Assembly (NCBI GenBank): GCA_973895155.1
Contig: OZ316896.1
Location: 12,938,549 to 13,002,548 of the forward strand
Reading direction: 5' to 3'
Origin: Marsupella aquatica
Taxonomy: Eukaryota > Plantae > Marchantiophyta
Length of the DNA stretch: 64,000 nt
Shown: piece by piece, positions 37,956-49,876 of the stretch
How the letters are laid out: each line of letters starts with the position of its first letter
Position numbering within the stretch: position 1 is the stretch's first letter
Program-made: the position numbers and the translations under genes
Notes under the pieces: generated by a model
Databases searched by the model: none
Seen by the model: the letters and a program-made list of their open reading frames with translations, nothing else
Told to the model about the DNA's origin: nothing

Positions 37956-40900
37956 ATGGGGATTTTCTTTCAAGGGGACAAGGTTTGCCTCGTAATCGAC
38001 GGAGTGGAAGTTGCTTGCGGAACCGTCCTCAAGGTTGACCCGGGTGACTCAGTGCGTAATGTTGATTTGGGAAGTAATCGTATAGGAGTTCTCATTGAGA
38101 AGTGCTATGAGGGATCACGGGAAATTCCTTACCCTTTGCCGCCGATCAGGACCCTGTTTGATGTTGTCGACTCCTGCATTATTTGGGATGCCTCTTTTGC
38201 ATATTTGAAGTCATAATCAACTCCAGCGACAACACAAATGAATGCCTCTTGTTCTCCAAAGGATGCGGTTCCCGGTTTTGTACCAGACAAATCTTCGGTG
38301 GGAAGTTTTGGAGACTTGATTATATCTGGCGATGAAGTTGAGCTCTGGATCGGCAATCAGATTGTGGCTCGTGGATTTGTGTTCAAGACGAATCCCGATG
38401 AGACCTGTCACAATGAAAGACTTGGCACTTCTAGGATTAGTGTGAAAATATGTGAAGTTTTTCAAGGAAGGGAGAGGTTACCCTTTCCTCACAATGGAGC
38501 AGATACCGTTCAGGAAGCATTGGACACTTTTGTATTCTGGAATTTAAAGGATGTTACTCGGAGGAGTTCTTCCCAGGATATGCTAAACGACCTGTCCACA
38601 CGGGATGTTTTTTCAAATTATAATTTCAAGGATTATAGTTTGCGTTCTAATTGGATGACCGAGGAGGTGGAATTGTATGCTGAGGATAATCGGACCAAAG
38701 TGGGGGTTGGCATCATCACAGTTCCTTTCGAGTCAGGTGCAATTGATGATGATGTTCTTGGACCAGATCACGTTGGGGTTGCTGTCACACGCGTGATTGA
38801 CCCTCTATTTTTCCCAAATATCTCCCCAGGAGTGCCTGGTCTTGTTAGGTGGGCCGTCCGTTCACTTCTGCTGATATCAAGGGGTATTTTTCTTCTGGAT
38901 CTCATTGAAGAGGTTTCTCCAAAACCAATTATTGATGGTCGAGATCATCTAGAGGTAGATATGAAAGGTGACACTGAGTTTTTGAAGCGCTCGTATAATT
39001 TCATCAAGAGAACGAAGGTCAACCTAGATGAAAAAAGGAAGAAGCACTTGGAGTCTCGGGCGATACTGAAAATCACAAAGGAGGAAATTGACTCCATCCA
39101 AAGAAAAGGTTGTTGTAAGTTGAAGTGTTGCCTCAGCATGCCGAGAGAAGACCTACAGGTGATAAGGAGGGAATACCATGGGATGTCAAGCGACAACAAA
39201 ACCAGTCACATTCTCACTCTTTTTGGCTGTAGGGAGAAGGAAGTGGAGAGAAAAGGATATTTTGTTGTAAGAAGTAGACTTGTTTGCAAGGGTGCATTTA
39301 TTAAAATGCATGGATTCAACACTGCCAAGTATTATGATTACAAAAATCAATATGAAGCAGGTTGCACGGTTGGATTCCACGGAAACAAGGGTTCACACAA
39401 GACACGGGGAAGCACCTTGCATGCTCGTGCTTTGTTGGAGTCCATTCTAACCCAAAACGGAGAACCCATGCCGCATCTTCCCTATGGAGGGTCTCACGGG
39501 ACTGACACGGTTGAGTACAGACTTCCATCTTGTTTCACGAAGAAAGAGATTTTTGAGGAGGTATACTCAAAAATGGAATTAGATGGCTACGTGAAGGTGA
39601 GTGAAAACACTATGTATAAACTCTGGAGTGAGTCTTTCATGAATTTTGACTTTCACAAGGGAAGTGCATTTGCAAAGTGTACACTTTGCACTGAGTTCAA
39701 AGATCAGTTGATGCGGGAGAAGAGAAAGAAAGAGCGTTTGGAGATTGAGGAAAGAAGAGCTCGCCATCTTCGTGAGCAAATGTCTAGGAGATATGTTTAC
39801 TATGCTCATAGGGTTCTTGCGAAGAAGGATCCTGAGAACTATCTTTGCATTATACATGACAAGATGGACCAGGCCAAGACATGGATCCCTAGGTTGGTCC
39901 CCACTCCTAAATCATTGTCTGGTAGCGGTCAACCGCTCCCCATTGCGCTCACTGGGATGTTGACCCATGGAAGGGATCTCGGAGTGTATGCTCACTTCAG
40001 TTTCACTGGGCTTTGGCCGGGAGATGCAGACTTCACAGTGACATCATTGGCCAAGTGCCTTAGAGATCTGGAGGATTACAAGGGGGACAAATCTGGAGAC
40101 CTCCTTGAAGGATTATATTGGGCTGCAATGAGGCCAATTTTTCAATCTCTTTTGGACTTTGAAGCATTTCTCGCAGGTTACTTAGAACCCAAAAAAGTCT
40201 CAATTGCTAGATTTCAAGGAGCTAAAGATGACCAAGACTACTTTGGTGTTGATCCCAAGGCTACGTCTACCTCTTTCAAACCATTGCCAAGGCACCTGAC
40301 CTTGCAAATGGATAATTCAGGGAAAGATAACAAAAACCAGTACGTGATGGCATTTTGCAGTGAGCTTGTTAGTAGAGGGGTTTTTGAAACAGTGCAGATG
40401 TCGTTTCTCATGGTTGGTCACACCCCTGAGGACGTTGATGCATTGTTTTCAAAAGTATCCAACCAAGTGAAGTACAAGGAGGTTTCTACCCTCTTGGGGT
40501 TGATGGCTGAGGTTTGGGAGTGTGAAAGCATTCATCCTGTGCCACGGTTGATCCAAGAGGTTGCAGCTTACAAAGAGTTTTTGAAAACTTTCAAGGTAAA
40601 AGACATAGAGGGTCACTCAAAACCAGTGGCATTTCTTTTCTCTATGAGAGATAATGTTCCAATATATCAATACAAAGCACATGTGAAACAACCTTGGTAC
40701 CCTCCAACCGGAAGGTCCATTTGGAGAACTGATTCCAGCACCAATGCTCTCATTTTACCAGAAGGTCAAGCATTTGCAAAACCCATCTCCGGGGATGTAT
40801 GAGGCAAGGTTGAAGAAATTATCCCATTCCTTAATCGTTACATTGAGTTTTTGAAGAAGAGTTATAAGGATGAGACCTCTACAGCATATCGTGAGCAGTT

Positions 40901-41643
40901 TCCTTTGGTGAAATATTGGGAGATGGTGGTGCAAGTATTATCTGGGGAGCTTACAATTGAAGGGGAGGCAGAAATATAGTTAGCATTGACATGAATTCTG
41001 GCCAAAAACCAACCACGGAACTGGTTACAAGGTTAATAGTACAGGAACCTCTGAACCATTGGGGGAGCCTAGTAGTAGTACACAGAATCCACAAATGGTG
41101 GAGCTTCAGAATGAGTACCTGGAAGAGATGGAGGATCAAGCTGCAACATTTGTTGGCGCTCGACACGAGCAAGAACTTGCACGTTGGATTCCTCTGCAGG
41201 ACATTCAAGAGGGTCACTTTGTATTTCTCCGTCCAGAGGATGAATGGGAAAAGAAGAATGGGAAAGAACGTTTCTGGTTGGTGAGAGCTTTGGGTGTTGT
41301 GGACCCAAACCATGAAGTTCCTTCAGGAGACTTGCAATGCAATGAGAATTCTCCTACTAGTACACGGTATGCTCCTATGTTCCAAGTGCAATGGTGGAGG
41401 CCTAAACATGGTAAGCATGATGCACCGGATCATGTGCGATATTCACGTTGCTTTCAGACCACTAAGACTTGGGAGGTGGATCCTGGGTTTGACAGTGCCA
41501 CTGAATGTTGGCAATGTGCTAATTCTGCTATGTATCGATTCAAGTCACGCTCTAGAGAAGAAAATATAATTGATAGAGGTTTGACCATTCCCAAGAATGT
41601 TTTGAAAACACTCAAAACCTACATGGAAGGGATTGTTGAGTAA
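37956..41643 (+). pseudogene. Sola-like (DUF7869-type) DDD transposase with three N-terminal En/Spm Tnp1-like domains; stops at 38214 and 40800 plus further lesions near 40980
   Basis: CCKLKC, VCKGAF, FAKCTLC..H, LCIIHDKMDQAK, LQMDNSGKDNKN, FLMVGHTPEDVDALFS; ORFs 37770, 38238 and the continuation after 40802 share a frame. Confidence 0.82.
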
Positions 41644-41858
41644 GTCAAATGTTTTTTAGTAGTCACTCTGTCAGAGTGAGGGAGTCTATGTCATTTAGTT
41701 TGGAATTAGACATGTCAGAGTGAGGGAATCTATGTCAATTAGTTTGGAATCATACATGTCTTTAGTACTTACTGTTGGTTAGTACTAAGTAGTATATATA
41801 TCTATTTAAGTAACTAATTATTATAATATTTTGGGATACTAGTTTGATTAGGTGGAGG

Positions 41859-44800
41859 TGTGATGCCTAGACAGGAATCACTCGGCCGGTTAAGTGGGTA
41901 AAGCAGGAAGGCACCCTAGGAACACCTTAGTATAGGGACAAAACAAGGAAAATATAAACAATTAGGGGCAACCATGGAACCCGGGCAGAGGCCGGAGGTA
42001 AGGCTGAGGGTGAAAACCCGATTAGGGTTAGGGCGCGTTAAGCGTCGACGGCTAGGAAGGATCAACGGGAAGAAGGACCGCCAGAGGAGAGGGGTAAGGA
42101 GCGCTTGCAGGAGATGGTGGCTCATTTGCGAGCACGAACTAGGCAGACGACTACGGGAGGCCAACTACTGTCAGCTGCTTAGGCAAGCACTCGGGGAGAG
42201 AATAGATACCGACGATCGACCTAAGGAGGGTATGAGCAACGTCAATCAAGCGGCACATTTCTGGGGATGCCTGTTCGAACGGGCAACTGAGTACATCAAG
42301 ACTTACGAGGACGAGGAGTCAGAAAGGGCAGCTCGAGAACGGCAGGAGCTCGCTCGATTGTGGGAGCTGCAAAAGACGGCTTTCTTAGGAGGCGAACTCA
42401 TCAAGGACGAGTTCCTGTGGACGCCTACTTCCAATCAACTCGACGATCTTCTGTTTTGCAAAGACAGCGTCGTCGGCATCCGAGAGGCCATCAAGAACTG
42501 CAACGACATACACTAGGAATTAAAGGGTAGCACGGAAAGGTGGACCCAGGCAACGGTGCTAGGAGAAACCTCCACGGCAGCAGAGATGAAGAGGAAGGGG
42601 GCCGTCAACGATGAAGCCACCCCGGCAAAAAGAACAAGGTCGGCGGCACCAAAGAGGCCAGCCGAGCAGCAGAGCAGGAGGCAGGGAGAAGCCGAAGAGG
42701 AGGAGGTCGATCCCATCAAGGCCATTCCAACCAGGGATGACACCTGGAAGGGCTGGGCGGCAACCCTACCGGTGGAGGTGCAACTACATTTTGCACGGGA
42801 GGAGGATGCATGCTTTACGGCCATGCAGACCAAGAAGTACCAAGGCTTCATGGCCGGATCCGGCTTGGAGGCCTTTGTAAGATTACCATGGCTGAAGCCG
42901 GAGGTACCGGAGTCAGACCTATTAGAATTCGTGGGGTCATGGGAACCCGAGACCAATTGCACGAGGATATATGGGAAGGATTTCTATCTTACTCCCAAGA
43001 TAATTGCCGAAGTGTTTGGCTTGCCGATAGGCAATAAGACCAAAGTTGATACCAGGAAGACCTTGCCTGACAAGGAGTTCCGGTCGTTCCCCGGGCCATC
43101 AACGAAGAATGGCTTCTTCCGGAACACCTGCACCAACCCGCACATAGGAGAGATGATCGACTTCTTGCGGGTGACCATGCATTGTAACTTGCCGAGGGCA
43201 GAGATCGGCAAGGCACAGGTCTATCTGGCAGAAAGGCCAGACCCAAGCCGGGACTACAACGGGTACCTCCTCAACCAATTGAAGAAGATCTTAAAGGAGG
43301 AGCAGCAGGTAATCGGCATGGGGAGCGTGTCGCGGCTTGGCTATCACATGCCGCTGTTGTGCCGGTATGCCAGAGGTCAGACTTTTGCCCCGGTACTTCC
43401 CCTGCAGGTAAGGGCACCTGAGGAAGCTCCAACGCCGAGGCCGTTGGCTGAGAAGCCTCAACCACCTGTTAGTCCTACGATCGAGCAGGTGTTTAGGCCC
43501 AGGAAGGAAGACTTGCCGATGCAGCAACCAGGCATGCAGAGTCTGCTGAAACTACTGGAGAAAGAAAAGAAATCGGCATCAGCAACAACAACGGCAACGG
43601 CAACAATGCAGGACACTACTACAGAGGTAGGCCTACACCGGCTCACAAGAGAAAACCCCTTTGCTGGAGACAAGGAGAGAATCAGGCCGGAATCCAAGCC
43701 AGGTGTTCGAATGTACGTGGGAACCTCAAGCTCCGAATCTGAGGCAGAATTGCCTGAAGCTCCTACCGACGAAGAGGAGAGGGAGAAGCCGGACGTCCAA
43801 GAGGTAGAGGAGGCAGTGGAGGACTGCAGCCATGATAATTCCGGCTATGGGTCGGACCATCACGTTCCAGGAGTAAGGACCTGTGGCCGGTTTGTCCCCA
43901 CACTTCCAAGGGTAGTGCGAGGGGACCCCAACCAGCAGAGTAGCCCTGAGTCTCCCCCACCAGATGTTGCTCCCCCGAGCTTCGACGGCATAAAATAGAC
44001 GGTGCAGGAATTTCAGGAGCGAATCAAGCAGGAGGAGGAGGCCGCCCTGGCTAAGGAAAAGGATTTACCAGGAGGAGATTGGCCGGAGGACATCAGGCGG
44101 CTAGCCAAAAAAGGAAGCAAACCTCTAGCCACGATTGAAGAGATCCGCAGGACGGCTTGGGAGCAGAGGCCACGATGGGCGATGCCGATCACTTCTACTT
44201 ACTCCACCTACGCTAAGAATAGAGCCATGGAGTATGGTGAGATGTGTGGGGAACTTGCGCTCGGCATCTTTGGAGAGGAGTTGGAGGTAGGACCCTTTTT
44301 CCATAGGAAGCAGTTGGAGAAGCACTAATTAGAAGAAGCGGTGGCTTTAGAGAGAAGCAAGAAGGACGAGGTCATTCGGCGGCTTAGGAGGATGGAAGCC
44401 GAGATTGAAGATCTAAGGGCGGCCAAGAAAGCCCAAGATGAACTGCGGATTAAACGACATGAGCTGAACATCATGCAGGGGCAGTTGGACACCGCGCAGG
44501 CTGATAATCAGAATATCAAGGATAAACTGACTCAGACGCAGGAAGAGTTGGCCGACACGATCAAAGAGAGGGAGAAGTGGAAGCAAGAGCTGAAGTATAC
44601 AGAGGAGGCCCACATAACAGCCAACAGCCGGGCCATGGCGGAGACCCAAAGAAAGGAATGGGCGTTGAAAGGGGAGCTCGAGAAAATCCACGGAGCCCTT
44701 GAGCAGAAGGAGGTCGAGTTAGGGAAATCCTATCAAGGGATTATGGCGCTGCAGCAGGAGCTTGCGTCCCTGACGGCTAGCTTCAAGGCCGACCTAAGGG

Positions 44801-46494
44801 AGAAGGACGAGATGCTCGAACAGACTTACGCCAAGATGAACAAGATGGAGTCTGTCATCATTGCAGAGCTCGACAAGGAGCTAAGAGCAACCCAGGAGGA
44901 GAGGGCAACCTTGAAGAAGGAATTGGAGGAAGCCCATAGGGAGCAGGAGGAGGCCAAAAACGAGCTGGAGGGGGCACGTAAGGACCTAGATGAAACCCAA
45001 GAGGAGTTGGAGGAAATCACAAGGAAGATGGAGAACCTACAGCGGCGGGCCGACAACCAAACAGAGCGGCTGAAGAAACAAGCCGCAGTATTTAAATGCT
45101 TAGCTGCAGCAGGTCCATCTCCCGTTGGGACAAACCAGTTACCAGGGGTGGTAATTGCCGAAGGACAAGCCGCGCCACCTGCACCAGTGCCGGAAGTAAG
45201 TGGGAAGGGGAAGGGACCAGCTGCCGAGCCACCAACGAAGAAGAAGTGGAAACCTTCAGGGTCAAGGAGTAATACGACTTCACAGGCCGTGGTGATCAAG
45301 GAGGTAGACCCAGCACCGACCCCAGACAGGGTCACGGCTAGGGATCCAACTACCCTAGGGGAAGGGGAGGCCAAAGCCGAGGGAGTGGCTGAGGCCGAAG
45401 CCGTGGGTATTGCCGAGGCCGGTGTCGAGGCTGAAGCCGAAGGTGGACCCAGTCAGGCCGATGGAGAGTTGACTCAGTCAAGGGCAGGTAATCTGTCAGA
45501 GAATGAACCTACGGCAGTGGCTGAGGAGGAAGCGTTGGGGGCGTCCATTAAGGATCCACCACCGGTGTCGTGACGGTGCAAGGGCGCCGTTCCTTTTAGG
45601 GAGGGCGGACGTGGAGGGAGGAGGCGTGAGTGGGCAGGGCGGGCGCGGATCTCCACGTTTAGGATTAGGATCAGAACCAGGAGCGGCCCTGACACTTAGC
45701 TTAGTGGGATTGCGGTCCCACTGGTAGGAGCAACACTTGTGCTCCTGCCTTGCTGTACATAGGTAGATTCGGGCAAGTAGATTACTGTTAAGTAGATTAG
45801 GCTTACGATGCAAAGAATGGCGGATCCACTACCAGGATAAGTACCTGGGCAGCGGGGAGCTCAGGGCCTCTTCTTTAGCAAGTTTTTAGTTTGCACCAGC
45901 CGGGCTGGGATCAAGTAGTACGAGAAGCTCTCGGTTAGTCATACAGTGACCCTTGTGTATATTCATGTTTCCTCATGCCTAAGAGCTGAATAGAGTTGGC
46001 CTCACGGCTTAGTTCGCAGAACTTGTGTATGAGATGTACTGTTTGTATGGCAAGTGCATGGTATGACTCAGTCAGAATGAGTCATTTTGCTATTTGTGTG
46101 TCGCATTAACTTGTGTGAAGAGTGCCCACATCAACAGAAGGAAGGAAAGTAAGCAGGGGAGTGAGAGTTGGATGTGTCGAGCTGAGAGAGGTCTTAGCGG
46201 CTTAACCAAGCCTATTGGGGATCATTCCGGCGGCGGAATCCAAACATACCTAACAAGACGGAGGGGAAGACAGGGGAAGACAGGGGAAGGCCTATATTAG
46301 GCCGGCTACGTATCTCATGACCCGATGAAGGATCTGTCCAGTATATGTGTGTAAAATGTTAATAGTAGTAGTAGAAGGTTAGCAGCGTCCCATGCCGCTA
46401 AGCCGCGGAAACGGCCTCGCCAAGCACGAAACCTGCGGGAATCGGCTTGAGCTGGGGGGTTTCTTGGGTTTAGGGAGCCATGGGACGCACCACA
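41859..46494. mobile_element. 4636-bp solo-LTR-like insertion nested in the TIR element
   Basis: Termini TGTGATGC...GCACCACA; perfect 5-bp TSD GGAGG (41854-41858, 46495-46499); no internal LTR pair and no gag/pol seen. Confidence 0.85.
41974..45573 (+). pseudogene. Retrotransposon accessory ORF: PMD/Athila-ORF-like domain + long coiled coil + acidic low-complexity tail; three in-frame stops
   Basis: ORFs 41974, 42556, 44002 and 44341 share one frame; GLEAFVRLPW...DLLEFV.SW......IYGKDFYLTPKIIAEVFGLP; E/K/L-rich heptads at 44341-45080. Confidence 0.65.
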
Positions 46495-46762
46495 GGAGGT
46501 AATTGGACTTGGATACCTTTATAATTGCTTTAATTAATTATTATATCAATACAGACTATATATTACATGAAGTCTTAATATCCATGATAGGATGTGAGTG
46601 CCTCTTAGTACTGTCTAGTAGTAAACCTTAGTTTCAACTCGAGTTGCTTAGAATGTAACAAATTACTTGTCTGAATGGATAGTAAGCCAGGTATCATTCA
46701 AATTTAATATATTAAATGCTCTCAATTAGTAACTAAGTAGAAGGTTAATTTAGCTAGCTAAG

Positions 46763-46860
46763 GGTAGAGATCATATTGAAGCTTTACTAGTTATATGGGT
46801 AGAGATCATATTGAAGTTTTACTAGTTATATGGGTAGAGATCATATTGAAGCTTTACTAG
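46763..46860. repeat. 35-bp tandem repeat, ~3 copies
   Basis: ggtagagatcatattgaagctttactagttatatg unit. Confidence 0.85.
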
Positions 46861-47147
46861 ACACTTATATTCTATTAGTCAAATTGAATCAATGTAAGTA
46901 AGTTCTACTTCTTATCCAACATATTTTACATTATTATCACCCAAATGTTTTTCTTTAGAATCCAAATTAATATTTCATTTTCTCCTATGTACAATCTTGA
47001 TCCCCCAAATGTACAACATCTGGTGCCCAAATGTACAACTCCCACTGCCCAACTATACAATTCTTGTGCCCAAATATATATTTTTTGGTGCCTAAATGTC
47101 CAAAGATCAAAGAATTTTCCAGTTTTAATGAATAGACTGATTCATGT

Positions 47148-47581
47148 CAAAACATACGACACCATTCACAAATACAACCACCCCAAGAGACGATGTGGAA
47201 GTCAACTCTCCACCACCACATCCAATGGAAGCATCATTGGAAGAAGGTGATGGCCAGCAAAGGACGCCATCAACTGGAGAACATGATGGGCAGCACTGAA
47301 GGACACCATCAAATGGAGAACATGATGGGCAACAACGAACCCCGGCCACCATCCGGAAGTCAATATACAGGGGTGAAGAAAAATTGCAAAGATAAACTAG
47401 ATGACCAATTAAAGATGACAACTACCAGTTTTTTAGATTATCTTGGTAAAGACTCTAAGATGAAATTGTTTTAAGAAGAAACAAGTCGCAATTGAGAATA
47501 GGAGAGGCATCAGGAAGTTTTAGAGCACCAGTCAAAGAAAACTGAGACAATGTCAATTGCGATCACAAGAATTGCAGAATG
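47148..47581 (+). pseudogene. PIF/Harbinger Myb gene, 3' part
   Basis: In-frame continuation GEF(I/M)SKHTTPFT...GEHDGQ repeats, then charged helical tail KDKLDDQLK..ERHQEVLE..MSIAITRIAE; several lesions. Confidence 0.6.
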
Positions 47582-49876
47582 ATTTGATATATTCGCTTTT
47601 TTGCAACAGAAATGGCAAAAAAGAAATAGTCCGTTGCAAGCAAGGTAGCAACTCCAATCGCTGTTTGACCAAAACTACACTGAACTTATATACTTTTCAC
47701 TTCACTTTCGGATTGCAAAAACTCCAATGACAATCAGGTTATTCAACATTAAGAGCAATAAAGCATTGAATGTTAACAAGCTGTGAGACTTGCCCAGTGT
47801 GTACATATATATTCAAAGTAACTCTCCTTAAAATTGAAGAGCACAAAGTTTAGGAATGAGGTCATGTGCATGTTGTAATTGCGTCGTGTTCCATTCATTT
47901 GAAGACATGCTTACAAAATTTGAGAACTACAGATAGCTGAAAACAAAGCCTCCATCTCTACTAGTTTGTTGTCCATACAAAATTGTTACCCTTGAAAAGT
48001 ACAAAAAAACCTCGTTGCTACTCTGCAAAATAACTACAAACCTTCTATCGGGCCCTTATACTACAATAGCGTTGGGTTGTGTGCTCTCGAATTGGTTCAA
48101 AACCATGCACTAAACATTTGAATTTGTATCCAACGATCGCTGCAAGGTGAGGGATACTGCAATCGGTATCCCCCATCTTTCACCCCGGTCTTTCACACCA
48201 TCTCTGGAGTTGCCATCACTATCGTGTTGCCCCTCTTGAGCTTCTCGCTCCCTCTCCTCTTCTTTGTCCCAAATGTTTGTCCTCCTCTGCCTTACTACCC
48301 CTTTTCTTCTGGACTTGAACTTCTTCACTACAGTAATGGGCCGATACGGCCATATGGGGACTGTGGTTTTTTGGCTGAGGTGCGCTATAGTAGCCTCCTT
48401 CCCATTGTCTTCTTTTTGCACACCCACATCATTTATTGACTTTGAGCCTTTGGCGATTGAAAGTGTAGCATTGTCTGACGATATCTCAATGACCACCTTC
48501 TTTGCATTGGAGTCCTGACTTGTATGCCCAACTCCACTTCCAAGATGGGTAACATGAGAAACTTCAGTTTTTGGAGGCATATTGAATCCACAGCAACTGC
48601 AAACCACAACAGCAAGAGGACATGATCGCCAACTGATAACCCCACCACAAATTAAAGCAAATTGTCTCCTTCAAATCCAAAACCTACTCCCAACTTTGTT
48701 GCAAAACAAGTGGCAGCTGTATGAGGTGACTCCACCACAATTGCATACGATCAGCAATTGAACATTGAAGTTCAATTGAACACTACAAGAGGTAGAGCAC
48801 ACAATCGATAGCTAACCAGAAAGCGAGCAAGTGTGACAAACTATTCACAGTTCTCCACCAAGTGCAACCAAGTGCAAGTAAAGATTAGCATAGACTGGTC
48901 AGTATCTATACTGGTCCCAAGAATGTGTTGAGTGCCGATTAGTTTCTATCCCTCACGCAACCTGTCACATGAAACTATCACAAGAGTTGCGCAAAAACCA
49001 AGGTGCTGGGCTTTCCTGCATGTAGCGCAAGCGGGAGCGTGAGAAGCTATTTTTGATGTGACTTGCCCCTCGCGCGGTACTTGTGAACCCAGGCCATGAG
49101 TGACTCCTGTTGCATACTTAATGAATGTCGAAGACCGTGAGAACCGTCTGACTTCTGGTACAGATTTTCACCTGCCCCTTTCATCAATTCCTGCAGTGTA
49201 AATCATGTGAAGATGTGACCTGCCCCTTGGTACTTGACAGTCCCAATAATGAGTCTCTTGACAATGCAAATGTACTGGACTATGTTTACACTCAGATTCT
49301 ATTTCTCATGTGCTGATCGGAAAACCAAACCTCATTCAATAAATTGTCCCGTGCCTCAAGGCCCCTTAGTCCATATACTCTCTATAAGGGACATGGACTT
49401 AATTGTATCCTCTTGGATGGCAGTGATACCACGGAGTAAACCAGGGCAAAAATACTTGCCTCTCTTAATCAAAAAATTATGTAAAAGGCAACAAGAATAG
49501 ATCATGGGGCCAATTCTTTCCTTTCTAGGTTTCCACAAAATTCTACTCGATCAGAATCCGCTAGGTTGCTTTCAGGTGCCCAAAAGCTCTTTCAATTGCC
49601 ATCCTACTTTGCAAGTGCCGGTAGTTCCACAAATCATGCTCTGCTGAAATCCCTTGTGTGAACGGCACCATTAACCATGGATACAAGGGGTAACCCGCAT
49701 CGCCAAGTATGTATTCTCTCAAAACTGACTCTCCATCTTGACAATGATATTCCAAGCCGTGCAACTTGGTTCATCTATATTCAACATCCCTAAAAAAGTT
49801 GACGCTCTGAGTAATCTTGTGTCTTGGATGCTACCAGGCCATCTAGCCACAACATCCAAGAACCTGAGTTTCAAAT

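Larger units (their letters stand above)
30023..38954. promoter_or_regulatory. Dispersed 17-bp palindrome CTCGAGA-N3-TCTCGAG, ~18 perfect or near-perfect copies; putative protein-binding sites
   Basis: Copies at 30023, 30266, 31386, 32180, 33894, 33988, 35571, 35708, 36049, 36321, 36415, 36478, 37482, 37572, 37728, 37795, 37903, 38938; the repeats are seen directly, their function is inferred. Confidence 0.8.
29574..47139. mobile_element. 17.6-kb cut-and-paste DNA transposon (Sola-like transposase) with cargo genes
   Basis: TIRs CACCCTATTCATTAAAACTGGAA (29574..) and the reverse complement of TTCCAGTTTTAATGAATAGACTG (..47139); flanking ATTCATAT 29566-29573 / ATTCATGT 47140-47147; gcccaaat-type subterminal repeats at both ends. 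Confidence 0.88.

Noticed and set aside
30023-38954. Palindrome copies as CRISPR repeats
   Set aside because: Spacing is irregular (tens to more than 1000 bp) and some copies lie within coding sequence
46180-46260. Hammerhead ribozyme in the LTR (retrozyme-like)
   Set aside because: No CUGANGA...GAAA core with compatible stems is shared by both LTRs
48110-48760. Possible third Harbinger ORF with a CxCG zinc-finger-like start
   Set aside because: Fragmented across frames and too weak to call without a profile search
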